Assembly: GCA_951406725.2 (NCBI GenBank) | Contig: OX597821.1 | Coordinates: forward strand, 76,198,001-76,262,000 | Length of the DNA: 64,000 nucleotides | From: Octopus vulgaris | Lineage: Eukaryota | Direction of reading: 5' to 3' | In this document: positions 50,480 to 64,000 of the stretch, in pieces | Layout: every line of letters starts with the position of its first letter | Position numbering within the stretch: the stretch's first letter is position 1 | Notes under the pieces: model-generated | What the model was told of the DNA's origin: nothing | Database searches by the model: none | What the model saw: the letters and a program-made list of their open reading frames with translations, nothing else | Program-made: the position numbers and the translations under genes

Positions 50480-53432
50480 AATGGAGTGGGGCGAGTCTAC
50501 GGATCCCACGAACCCCGCCACGACACTTGGTCTTATGTTTTTCCCCCTCCTATCTCGTATTTATGCAGGATCTTTTACTCACGACATTTTTCCACCTTTC
50601 ATTGAACACTTTCTTACTCAGGCCCCTCCTCTTTAGTTCTATTTGTCTTTTCATGTGGAATTTAAAAAAGACTACCAGACTAGAACCAGAGATGAAGTCG
50701 CCTGTTATCATCCCTTTCGTCCTTGTCTTCCATACTACCTGTTTCGCGGTTGAAACCACAGAAAGAAAACAATTCTTACCTTCTTTCGTTAAGAAATCCG
50801 GTGGGCTAATTTTTACAATTGATTCAGCTGACAGCTGTACTCCTCCTCCATCTGACAACAGCTGTTCGGCAAAAACCCACATATCTGCCACCTCTGAACA
50901 CTGTACGATCGCGTGCAAGACGGTTTCCCTGTCTCGCCCACACCTCGGACAGGTCGGACTGGCTTGGGCACCATGCCTTGCGAGTTTGTCCCGAACAGAT
51001 AAGGCACCTCGGTAACACTGCCAAGCCAAGGACTTCTAAAAATTATCCAGAGTCCTCGGCCCAAATGTACGTTGGAACAGACTGGCCAGCTGATTATCGT
51101 CGAAACCCAGGGTCTCCCCTAGAGTATCATCGCAACCGGCCTCTATAAACCCTCTTTTGAAAACAGCTGTAGAACCACTGCCGCAGGCATTGCCCGAGCG
51201 ACGGAATAGGCGGAGTGCCTTGCGACACTCCGTATACCATGAACCCAACTTTGATCTACAATTATACCAGTCTTCCCGTCCACCGAAACTGGTGAACTTG
51301 GGGAACATCTGTTTCGCCAGCGGAGACCACATCTGTTCACCATCCAGGTGGAGCCACAGGTGCCTTAGCCTCAGCTCATTTCTGCGCATCATTAGCCACG
51401 GCATCCTTAGTCCACCTTTTAACGGTTTTTGACAACAAATAGAGCGTCTCACGAGTGGTTTCGAGCCCTTCCACAAGAAGAGGAAGAGCTGTCTTTCCAA
51501 CCTGGTCAACCACGAATCCGGGCAAGGCACGACGGCAAGGCGGTAGGTGATCACCGATGCGATAAACACATTGGCTACCTCCGCCCTACCTTTCAGAGAT
51601 AACCACCGACAAGACCAGGTCTTGACTATTGCGGTCACCCTGCTCAATACCTCGCCCCAGTTCTTCTCTATTTGGAGGTCTGGTCCAAACCAAACCCCGA
51701 GCAACTTAACCGGACCCTCCGTCCAACGTCCCACGACGCTGTCTGGAGGCATCGACTTGCCTCTCCAGGTGACGAGTTGCAACCCGACTGACTTTTCGCG
51801 ATTAACTTTTGTTCCCGTCACCGTCTCGTAAACCTCTATGGCCTTGCCTACTTTACGTAGGAGGTCCACTTCGGTCACGATGATAGTGATGTCATCCGCG
51901 TACGCCGAAACCGACATCTCACGACCTGGCTGCCTCGGGATGCCACTCAGTTTTCGCAGCAGCGGCTCAAGAGCCACTACATACAAAAGCGGGGAGAGTG
52001 GGCGTCCCTGACGGACCGAGCATTTGACTTTGAACGGCTTAGAAAGAAAGCCGTTCACCCGAACTACCGAGTCGACGTCGTCGTACATTTCGATGATCCA
52101 CCTGAGGAAGCCAAGACCCAGGCCGAACAGAGCCAGGACGGACACCAGGTAATGATGGTCGACCCTATCAAAAGCTTTTGATTGGTCTAAATGAACCACT
52201 GCCTCTCCCTTGCCGGGATCGTTATTAATTCCCTCTATAGTGTATCTAATGAGATGGAGATTATCCTGAATGGACCTGCCCGTACGGCGCACGTTTGTGC
52301 TTTCCCGATCAGTCCACTTGCGACACGCGCCAATCTGTTCGATAACACTTTGGCTAAAATCTTCAACTCTGCGTTAAGCAGAGTGATGGGCCTAAAATTA
52401 TCAATGACATCCCCCTTGCTCAGGTCCTTCCTGACTAGTGTCACCACTCCCCGACGCACAGATCTGGGATAAACCCATTCTGTAGCCAGTTCGCGTAGAC
52501 GTTCGCCAGTAAGTCCCCGAACAAGTCCGGCATACTCTTGTAAAGCTTGACTAGTGTTGATTCCTTCCTAGCCTCTCTAGCTACAAGATCTATACTATAC
52601 CTAATAGAATCGTATCGGATGGCTCACTTGAGGGCATACACCATTTGTTGTTTATAATGGATCCGGTCATGGCCCTCTGAATCATTAACCTAATCCTGTC
52701 ACTGTACTCCTTAATCGCCAAGAGGGACGTATTAAGTTTCCAGTAACCGGGACCTCTATTTGTCTTATCTATGTCTAGCCTACAGGTGACCATCTTGTGA
52801 TCGCTGTAGCTGACCATGTGGAGCTGTGGATTTTTAGCTAGATTTCTATCTACCTTTCTAATTAGTATCCTGTCTATGTATGACTTGAGACATCCGCCGC
52901 CGTTTGACCATGTCCACAATGGAGCGTTCGGATGTTCCAGTCTATATGGATCTACCAGCTCAAAACGTCTTAGTAGATCCAGGAAGCAAGCATTTCCTTT
53001 CCTATCTGTACGCGAGCCTTCACAGTCTACCCGCGCATCGCATACTGTGTTGAAGTCTCCTAACATTACTAAAGGGTGCGATGTACTCAGAAACTTACCG
53101 AGGTTCCGAAAATAATCACTTTGCCCTTTGCATTCGTTGGGTGCGTAAATCGCAACCAGCCTGATTGTCTTACGACTACTGAACGTCAAATCAACGACGA
53201 CCAGCCTACCTTCTGGATCTGCAAAAATCAACTTTTTCTCAGAAATCCGGTTCTTTTTACACAGGACCAACACCCCGCTTCCGCCGGACGACGGATTCGG
53301 AGAGATAATTCTCTCGTAACCGATGAACAGCGGGAGCAGATCTCTTGGCCCCTTTAACCGGGTTTCTGTAGCAACAACAACATCTAAATCTCGTGACCTG
53401 ATGTCATTTAGGAGGCGCCCTTGCTTCCAGTT
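50480..53432 (-). mobile_element. L1/Tx1-clade LINE ORF2 pseudogene (APE endonuclease, RT, CCHC)
   Basis: ATETRL, AIYAP, LGDFN, YIDRI, SDH, GPGYWKLN; FRPITLLNAELKILAKVL, DQSKAFDRV, SVRQGRPLSPLLY, AYADD; CPRCGRDRETVLHAIVQC. Frameshifts, a stop and an internal deletion. Confidence 0.96.
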
Positions 53433-53924
53433 ATGTTTTAATACAGAATCATTACATTATATGAATTCCCCTCATCCACTCAATAATGGAATGAATAGAT
53501 GAGCAATATATACTCAAAAATCCACGCGGTTTGAAGCAGAACCCAAAAACCCACGTGCAAAATAAAGCAGTATGCAAATTTGAAGAATTATTATTTGTAC
53601 AAATTAACAAAATACAAATGCATTTACTAAACAAAGCAAAGTCACGAAACTCAGTTCGATACCTAGTCAGAACAGAACTGAATTAGAGCAATATAACAAA
53701 GCTCATAGTTCATATCGTGTCGTCAACATCGATTTACATGTGAAGCAAATTATTTCACGATTACTGCAACAGAACCACCATAGAATACATGGGGCTTGTA
53801 TTTGATTACAACAGAAATTCGGGAAAATTTCAGACAGATATCAAGGGACACGCTTGACATTCTGTTTTCTTGTATACAATACATAAAATGCGTAAAGCAC
53901 AAACATAAATACATGTATGATTGT

Positions 53925-54069
53925 ACACACACACACACACACACACACATACACATAGATGTATTTATGTATATATATATATATATACACATTTATCACA
54001 TTGTACAATATATCCATGGATATGCATATGCATACACACACATACATATACATATATATATATACTTAC

Positions 54070-54105
<36 letters not shown>

Positions 54106-54218
54106 TCGGGGTGAGTACTTGATAATTGTAAGCACCTGTATATACCGTTTGGTGGTGTAGGTGGTGGAGTAAATTGATCACACACACACACACACACACA
54201 CATACACATAGATGTATT

Positions 54219-54255
<37 letters not shown>

Positions 54256-54430
54256 TTATCACATTGTACAGTATATCCATGGATATGCATATGCATACAC
54301 ACACATACATATACATATATATATATACTTACATATATATATATATATATAGAAATTCGGGGTCAGTACTTGATAATTGTAAGCACCTGTATATACCGTT
54401 TGGTGGTGTAGGTGGTGGAGTAAATTGATA
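53925..54430. repeat. Tandem duplication of a unit of about 250 bp (microsatellite plus unique segment)
   Basis: AAATTCGGGGT(G/C)AGTACTTGATAATTGTAAGCACCTGTATATACCGTTTGGTGGTGTAGGTGGTGGAGTAAATTGAT at about 54102 and 54353. Confidence 0.92.
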
Positions 54431-54502
<72 letters not shown>

Positions 54503-54534
54503 ATGTGTATATATATATATATATATTCGTTTAT

Positions 54535-54731
54535 TCTTTGACGTGTTTCATTCATTTAACTGCGGCCTTGCTGGAGCACTGCTTTTAGTCGAGCAAATCA
54601 ACCACAAGACTCATTCTTTGTAAGCCTGGTACTCTATCGGTCTATTTTGCCAACAGCTAAGTTACGGGGACGTAAACACACCAGCATCTGTTGTCAGGCG
54701 ATGGCTGGGAAACAAACACACACACACAGAT

Positions 54732-54775
<44 letters not shown>

Positions 54776-54980
54776 GCATATATATATACACACATATACA
54801 TATATATATATGCATATATACATCGAGCTTCTTTCTGTTTCTGTCTACCAAATTCACTCACGAGGCTTTAGTCGGCCCGAAGCTATATTAAAAGACACTT
54901 GCCCAAAGTGCCATACAGAGGCACTGAAACTGGAACTATGTGGTTGGGAAGCAAGTTTCTCACCACACAGCCACGCCCGC
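54535..54980 (-). mobile_element. SINE family B, full length
   Basis: Tail GCTGGAGCACTGC...GTCGAGCAAATC, internal (TA)n, head ...CCACACAGCCACGCCCGCG. Confidence 0.88.
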
Positions 54981-55229
54981 GATTTGTATATATACATATC
55001 TTTGCAGAAACTTTGCCATCCAGCAAACAGTTGTTGAGATACTGATTTAGAAAATGTGTGTATGTGTGTGTGTACGTGTCTATAAATACATATACACTTA
55101 TACATATACATTCATCTATAAACAAACGTATGGATATATTCATATGCATGTATATCTGTGTATGTAAATACATTATATATATAATATGTATACATACACA
55201 TATACACATATGTATATATGTGTATATTC

Positions 55230-55450
55230 TTTATTCTTTTATTCTTTTTACTTGTTTCAGTCATTTGACTGCGGTCATGCTGGAGCACCGCCTTTAGTCG
55301 AGCAAATCGACCCTAGGACATATATTTTTGTAAGCCTAATACTTATTTTATGGTTCTCTTTTGCCGAACCGCTAAGTTACGGGACGTAAACACACAAACA
55401 TCGGTTGTCAAGCGATGATGGGGGATAAACACAGACACACAAACATTTAC

Positions 55451-55502
<52 letters not shown>

Positions 55503-55545
55503 GACGGGCTTCTTTCAGTTTCCGTGTATCAAATCCACTTACAAG
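55230..55545 (-). mobile_element. SINE family B lacking the head
   Basis: CTTGTTTCAGTCATTTGACTGCGGTCATGCTGGAGCACCGCC...(TA)n-ACGACGGGCTTCTTTCAGTTTCCG. Confidence 0.88.
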
Positions 55546-56171
55546 CCACGACGTATGTGTATGAATACATATATAATATATTTCATGTATCAGGGAGAAA
55601 AATATCAGTCCGAGCTAAATACTTCACACACTCTTAGTTAATACACCAAGCTAACGATATTGTTTAGATTAGGAACGAACTCCGTGTATTCTTGTAGTAG
55701 GGTCCGAGGTCACAGTTCATCATCATTCTATAGTGCAAATCCATGGCTGTGCTCCAATTATACTGGTTTTTACCCAGTGCGATACAGAAGACAAGGTATA
55801 AATAATGCCCATTTCATATTTTCCTTTGTTGCAGCAAATCTGACTCACAGCTGTTTCCACTAGTCATTATATGTTCGTTATCGAAAGGTTTACTCAATCT
55901 ATTCATTGATCGGTTGAGAAAAATTGAACGACCAAAATCGTTAATGCTACCTTTTTTTCTGGAATGAATAAATAAATAAACCGGTGAGTGTATTATATTA
56001 AGCTATTACGACTTTACCCAGACACAACAAAATTTGTTTCAATACACGAATTCACATAAGGAATCTTGCAAACCAGACACAAAAACGAAGTAGTGTAATA
56101 AATATATATTCAAAAATTATTTAATTATTGTTCAGCTTAATGATATTTCCTTATTATAATCTGCATGTATA

Positions 56172-56223
<52 letters not shown>

Positions 56224-56466
56224 GGGGTTTGTTCCTATGTATATGAGTTTTTATTAATTTCTATGTTCTAAGCAGATGCGGCTAAAACCTAACGCAAATG
56301 CAGGTTTGAAAAAAAAAATCTTAGAGTTACGTTGATGAGTTTACAAAGTTTGTACTTAGGTGAAAAGAAATGGCTGATTCTTCGTACGAAATATTTTATT
56401 AATCTGTTTATTCGCTGAGAGAAGTACAGATTATTTGATTATGGTATATTATAGCATCCACACACC

Positions 56467-56521
<55 letters not shown>

Positions 56522-56782
56522 GCGTATATGTACGAGTGTATGTGCATACATATGAATGTGCGCGTGTATGTGCTATGTGTGCATGCATATAAATGTATAT
56601 TAAGATTTAAATATATATATATATATATGAATACGCATGTACATATAGATACGCAGACAGATAGGTAGATATAGATATGCATATATATGTGTATATGCAA
56701 ACATGGAGGTATACATATTTACGTATGCATACTTGTATCTATTCATATGCATTAATATGTGTGTGTGAGTGTGCATTAACAT

Positions 56783-56815
<33 letters not shown>

Positions 56816-57028
56816 CAGGCAAACAGACAGACAGACAGATAGATAGATATACATATATATATAAAAATACATATATATATACATATGTACATATACATAC
56901 ATATATATACTTATATACATCTATACACACATATATAGGAATATTTGTGAGTATATATATATATATATATATATATATGGGTATGTATATATATATGTAT
57001 AATATATGTATATATATAGATGTATATA

Positions 57029-57073
<45 letters not shown>

Positions 57074-57177
57074 AATATGTATATATACATATATATATAG
57101 AGACATATATATAGACATAACACTGTAAATCAACTTATATATTTGTAGCACACAAACACACACACACACATACACAC

Positions 57178-57241
<64 letters not shown>

Positions 57242-57794
57242 CTAACTCGATACGGAGTACTTTGATAGAATTTCCCAAACATGCCGTTGGCTCTCCCGTA
57301 TATTCGGACATCCATAGACTCGCAGGCATCATTTGTACATAACAGGGCTTTCTATGATCACGACGAATTTACTAGAAATAATACTTATATCTTAAACAGG
57401 AAATTATCTGGGAAGGTGCCTTCCAATATAACATTCCTATTTGAATATCGCTTCGATTTCATAGCGGAATGTCGCTGATCGAAAATCGCGTTATTCAGAA
57501 GTGCCGTGGAACACAGGAAAATACGCAAAAAGCAAAGATATCGATATTATTTCGTGAGCAGAGGAAGAAATTTAGTGCTGTAGCATAATTATTGATAGGT
57601 TATAAAAATATCTGTCTAAATACTTACGTACGTGCATATGTAGTCACATGCAGGCATACATACATACATATGTATGTATGTGTGTGCATATATATATACA
57701 TATATGATATATATGCATGTGTGTATATATATGGATATACATATACATACATATAGAAAATATATATACATACATATATATACATGCACATATA

Positions 57795-57846
<52 letters not shown>

Positions 57847-57889
57847 AGTATATATATATCTGTGTGGTATATATATATAAGAACGAGCA

Positions 57890-57925
<36 letters not shown>

Positions 57926-58222
57926 CATATATGTATAAGTATGTATTATATGTATTTATATATTTTATATATGTATGCATATTATACTAATAATATTAGG
58001 GAATAAATCATTATTCCAACCTTACAGGTAAAAATCAGTATAATAATATTAGACTGAATTTCGTAATGTATAATATGTAATATATGTCTATAACTAATTT
58101 AGAATGGTGGATCGTCTCTAAATTAGTTATATATGTATATTATATATTTTTTTTATATATATATATATACATATATATTTTATACGTGTATTATATATTA
58201 TGAATATTATGTATGTATATTG

Positions 58223-58321
<99 letters not shown>

Positions 58322-58385
58322 TATATATATATACATATATATTATATACGTATATTATATATATATGTGTATATATATATATATA

Positions 58386-58423
<38 letters not shown>

Positions 58424-58627
58424 CATATATATTATATACGTATATTATATATATATTTATATACATATATATTATATACGTATATTATATATATATATGT
58501 TTATACATAATATATAAAGTTGGATAACTTTACATTATATACTGCTCCATATCTTGAACTATGCTTTTTTTTTCGGATTTGTTTTACCAACGATACACAC
58601 ACACACGCACTCACACATACACATATG

Positions 58628-58721
<94 letters not shown>

Positions 58722-59293
58722 TGTATAAACATATATACATATACAATCACACAATAACCCACACATATATATTTTCATACACATAGGCAGGCGAACAAAA
58801 ATACATAGAGTAACAGGTAAAGAATTATTGTACATAAAGGATTATCCAAGTTTGCCAATCAAATTACGGTTATGCAATTTTCAAATAAGCGTTTGAACTG
58901 AATTTTATTTTGTATTTGTCGTCGATACACCTTTCCTAATGCTCTTAACATTGACTTGAAACAATCGAATTTTTTCAATCTTCGATCGCCGAAGAGTGAT
59001 GAAACTTATCATGAAAATTCCCCTTTTTCATAACCATGGATAGATATAAGAATATATTTATTAACATTTCGCAGCGACAAATATATAATGCAACATGCAT
59101 GTGTGTGTGTGTACGTATGTATATTATGTATGTATGTATGTATGTATGTATGTATGTATGTATGTATGTATGTATGTATGTATGTATGTATGTATGTATG
59201 TATGTGTGTGTGTGTATGTATGTACGTATGCCTGCGTGAAGGTGTATATATATATATATATATCTTCACGCAGACATACATATATATATATGC

Positions 59294-59390
<97 letters not shown>

Positions 59391-59649
59391 TATAAATTTA
59401 AAATTAAGGATAAAATCTTTATAAGAAATTATCAGTAGTTACTGAAAATTTCTTATAAAGATTTTATCCTTAATTTTAAATTTAAATCTATATATGCATA
59501 TATATACATATGTAAGATAAAATTACTTGGAACTGGATGCGTAGCGTTCAATCAGATAATAATATATATATATATATAAATATTAAAAAGCGATTATTAA
59601 GAAGCAGCAAAAATATCACAAAAACTGTTACTCAGAGTTACACGTTCTC

Positions 59650-59912
59650 TTATACTTTGATACTTCGATAGGTTTCGGTCAGTATTGGCCCAGGTCATGC
59701 CAAAATTAATAGCACCACCTGGCAAAGTCATTCAAATCAGGAATCGGACAACATGGCACGCTCCAGGGGAGAGTTATTCTTTGTGGAGACATATCCGGGT
59801 GAAGGAGGTTTATCCGGAATTTTTAGAAGGGATTTGTCCAGAGACTTCTTGACCTTAATAGGGTCTGTTTCTGCTTTAATGTGTTTTGGTGTAATGTTAA
59901 AGTGAGTGGGGT
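59650..59912 (-). mobile_element. CR1/L2-group LINE 3' fragment (same family as 39740-40160)
   Basis: Reverse complement matches 39900-40160, for example AAACACATTAAAGCAGAAACAGACCC and GGGCCAATACTGACCGAAACCTATC. Confidence 0.88.
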
Positions 59913-60831
59913 GAATACAGAACGATAGATAGATAGATAGATATCAAACTATATATGTATATACCTGCACACACACACACACACACACATTTGTGAGTAC
60001 CTATACCTGTGTGCGTGTGCTTTTGTATACATACATCAAAAAATTACTAGATACTGCTTTCGTACAGATCATATGCATCCAACTTCTACACAAAAATTGG
60101 TGAAAGTGACATCAGCATTTTAGCCTCCTAGCATTCACCGGACTGTCTCGTTGTGTGCGTCCTATTCTCTTTAAGTTCAGTGCACCTATGACTAGCTTTT
60201 ATGATATGTTTGTTGTTTGGTGTTTTTCTTCTTTTAATGAATGGATTGGGCTATATACGCTTTGCCAAGAGGTTGGGCAAACACAATGAGATTCTCTCTT
60301 TGATTCACATACATGTGGTGACAAGTGCCGACTTTATTATACAATTATGTGGGGTAGTCCTCAAATCCATAGCCATCTCTCAGAGTGTGAAGACTTCAAC
60401 ACAAGCTTCTAACAAAAAGAAAAGAGTTTACATGTTTGTGTTTAAGGACAGGTGAAATATTGAGATATAGTTACCCATCTAACTACACGTGAGCCGATTG
60501 TTTCTTCTCCTTCTTTGGACTTTTTTCTTTCCTCTTTCCGACGAAGAGATATGCTCGAAACGTTAAATTCTCTAATTCCTCACGTTCTTTATTTTCCTTT
60601 TTACTTTCTTTTATTATTCCTTTAGTTGAGTTGTTTGTTTATTTGTATTAACTACATATATATATATATATATATACGCACAAACATATGAGGTGTACCA
60701 AAAGAAACTAGCTATGTATGTATGTATTTATATATGAACGTATGTATGTATCATCTTTTACTTGTTTTAATCATTTGAGTGAAGCTATATGTACGAGAGG
60801 CTTCTTTCATACATATATATATATATATATA

Positions 60832-61496
60832 AAACTTAGAAACTTAGGTAAAACTTAGATATGCTACGACCAAAGATTGGTCCAGGCCATGTCCTACTTA
60901 AAAGCACCACCTGATAGGATTATCTAAATCCTTTTTAAATCAAGTTTTGTTTATGGTCCATTCATGTAGTTAGTTCTTGAGTGAGTTGTATCCAGGTGTG
61001 GGTGGCTCATCTGGTATTTCTTGAAGAAATTTGCCCAGATTCCGTTTAACGGTGATGGCAACCTTTTCCTCTTTGATCAGTCTTGGGACATTGTTAAACA
61101 GAGCAGGGCCTGTTGAGGAAACGAAATTGTGTCGTAGTGTACCTATATGTTGTGATCTTGAAATGAGCAGGGGACGTATGGCCCGTAGTCCCAGCCTTGA
61201 ATGAACCTTGAAGTTAATGTTCAGGTTGTTTGGGCACTGCTGGCTGTATAATCTCCCCATCGTTGGTGGAGGCACTGGAGAGAGTAGATTTTCAAGGCTT
61301 TAAGGCGGTTCCAGTAATCTAGATCAGTCATGCCCTTAATTCGTTTAGTGAATGCCCTTTGGGGTGATTCAATTTTCGAGATGTTTTGTTTTGTATGGAA
61401 AGAACACAGAGGGCAGCAGTAATCAAGGTGTGACCGTACAAAGGAGAAGAAAAGTGGAATGATACCTTGTTCTCTGGACTGGAAGATTCTTAAAAT

Positions 61497-61498
<2 letters not shown>
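60832..61498 (-). mobile_element. CR1/L2-group LINE 3' fragment (third subfamily)
   Basis: ILRIFQSRE...[11 protein letters not shown]...[12 protein letters not shown]...[14 protein letters not shown]...GPALFNNVP...FLQEIPDEPPTPGY. Confidence 0.9.
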
Positions 61499-61540
<42 letters not shown>

Positions 61541-61554
61541 CATACATACATACA

Positions 61555-61652
<98 letters not shown>

Positions 61653-61754
61653 GACACATATATATATATACATATATTTATATACATATATTCATATATA
61701 CATCATATATTCATATATATATCTATATACATAAATATATATATATATGTGTTA

Positions 61755-61794
<40 letters not shown>

Positions 61795-61861
61795 CATCTA
61801 TATGTATATAAATAGACAGATCTATATACGTAATATACCTTATATATGAATAGCTACACAC

Positions 61862-61910
<49 letters not shown>

Positions 61911-62030
61911 GTAAACTTTATGTACACATGCACAGAAATAAACACTGAGAATAAAAAGAAATACGTAGGCCCGTATATGTGTATAAGTATATTTATTTAT
62001 ATACATTATATTTATATCTATTTATCTATC

Positions 62031-62074
<44 letters not shown>

Positions 62075-62086
62075 CGCATATATGCA

Positions 62087-62143
<57 letters not shown>

Positions 62144-62988
62144 ATATGTATGTATTCTTGTGTACATGTTTATACACACGCACACATACATAAGCATAAA
62201 CACATGCGAATATATAACAAAAACAAGCATACATATATATTTATGTATACACACACCCACACACACACACACACGCACACACATATGTTATATCATTGAA
62301 AACTTGGGTCTGAAGAGTTTGGTCTCGAATATTTCTGGTAATTACACGCTGAAATCATTTCCATCTCATTACAATCTAAACTGCGCTGTCTGACCGTTAT
62401 GGGAAAACTATAAACCATTTTAATTGGTTTAGAACTTTGTAACCGATCAGGGAAAGTGATCTATATTGTACCTGTTTAGGAGGAGACAGTCTCCTATTAA
62501 ATAAATATATTAACAGATACTTTCTTCGTAATTTTCCTATTAGGATTGTCTTAGTCTTCATTTTTCCTATTAGACTTGTTTTTAATTCAAAACCCGATAA
62601 AAAAAGACAAAGGTTAGACTTATATATCTTTGTATATATGTGTGTGTGTGTGTTTGCGCGTATATGTGTGTGTATGTATATCTATATATATTTGTATTCT
62701 TATATATGTACATACACATATATGTACGTGTATGTGTGTGTTTGTTTATAGAATATGAGGGGTTTAGTTCATTGGTGATCTAAACGAATAGGTACGCTGA
62801 GTAAGTGCTATAATTGGTCATCCGTTAAGTTCCAAGTTCACAGCTGAGATTGGAGCTAGGGATCCGTATTAGGCTTCCGAGTTAGCAGGTGTATATTATG
62901 TTAGAAGGAAAAGGACAGCAAAACCCAAGGCAGGACAGGTAACTGAAAGTCATCTAGAATATTTAATTAGGATAAGGAGAATCTGAAG

Positions 62989-63062
62989 TCTTACAGCTGT
63001 TTCTGAGATTTCCCAAGTAGTGGGGCAGCATGTCCGTACACTGGATATTCCGTCATCAGAGA
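62989..63062 (-). ncRNA. Type I hammerhead motif in a PLE-like remnant (about 62750-63303)
   Basis: TCT-CTGATGA-cGGAATATCC...GGAAATCTCa-GAAAC-AGCT-GTA-AGA, with palindromic ACAGCTGT. Upstream FKILSK... resembles a decayed GIY-YIG C-terminus. Confidence 0.62.
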
Positions 63063-63466
63063 TAAGGTGAGTGAGTATAAATGTTCTAGACAGGGAAATT
63101 CAGTCTATAAGGAATAAAATAATGAATAAAATAGTAGAAAGAAGAATAAAGGGTAAAGCAGTAGCTAGAATAGAGACAGGAGAATAAAGTTCAAAGCTCA
63201 TCTCCTTCAAGAGGGTTTGGAGATCGTGAAGGCAATGGCCCTTGGGTATAATCCCAGATAAATCTAGACAGTATTTTGACAGTATTTTGAATGTTGCGTT
63301 CATGTTGAATACAAATTAAATTTTTTTCAGCTTATTGCACTTCGGTTCGAGAAAAAAATCAACAACTTTCACAATTTTTTTCACGTCGAAGTTCGATAAG
63401 CTGAAAAGAGTTATTTTAATTTACGGATAGCAACTGGAGTTGCAGTGTACGCGAACAAACATTTGT

Positions 63467-63661
63467 ATTTAGGGAATGGAGTAGGTAAAATCAAATTTCC
63501 TGCGAGTTAGCATGACGTTAATGCAAGCTTCATTTGGCTAAGGTATCTTCGGCCGGATGATTAGCTAGCGGAGTACTCCTCGTTGAGTAATTACTATTTC
63601 CGAGATTTTGCTAGCTAGGAAACATACGTAGCCTGGAGTTTACTTACTCCATTCCCTAAAT
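63467..63661. mobile_element. Small MITE with about 23-bp TIRs
   Basis: ATTTAGGGAATGGAGTAGGTAAA and TTTACTTACTCCATTCCCTAAAT. Confidence 0.7.
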
Positions 63662-64000
63662 TTGGAGATATATATACATTACATGTATATGGGTTTAGCA
63701 AAACCAATTTTTAGAAATAAAGGTATGTAATGTAGTCGTATGAATTGCAGTTTTAGGTCTGATATGTTATGTCCTCTGTTAAATGAATTCAGGACGGATA
63801 ATAAGAAACAAATTCAAAGACAAATTGCAATTGACCGTTCGGAAATATTATTACTCTTGCTAAAATTTGATACAGCAAACTAGTAGGACGTTAACAATTG
63901 TCAATAGATTGTAGAGTTTTAAATGTTCATAAAAATGAAGATAGAATAGTTAGAAAAACCTGAAATACAACATTACAAAAATTCTGGTTACAATTCTTTT

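Noticed and set aside
57281-57478. 65-aa ORF with CAAACATG start context
   Set aside because: No homology recognised and no splice donor. The length is compatible with chance.

Overview
AT-rich eukaryotic (metazoan) DNA, intronic or intergenic in character. It is saturated with (TA)n, (CA)n, (TACA)n, (TAGA)n and (GA)n microsatellites. The tRNA-derived SINEs resemble, from memory, the octopus OK/OR1/OR2 families, so an Octopus genome is likely (inference). No complete host protein-coding gene is recognisable, and almost all listed ORFs are microsatellite artefacts. Recognisable content is transposon-derived: four SINE families (about 35 copies), 5'-truncated CR1/L2-group, RTE, R4/Dong and L1/Tx1 LINEs, mariner and rosa-type Tc1/mariner elements (one nested in another), a foldback MITE with an 8-bp TSD, a Helitron-like element, and many Penelope-like element (PLE) remnants. 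The most notable hidden signal is a series of type I hammerhead ribozyme motifs from at least six unrelated PLE-like families. Several sit in long palindromes next to (TA)n tracts, including a near-perfect back-to-back pair with intact cores at 8728-8847. A few isolated candidate exons exist, the best ending at a CAG|GTAAGT donor at 44368.
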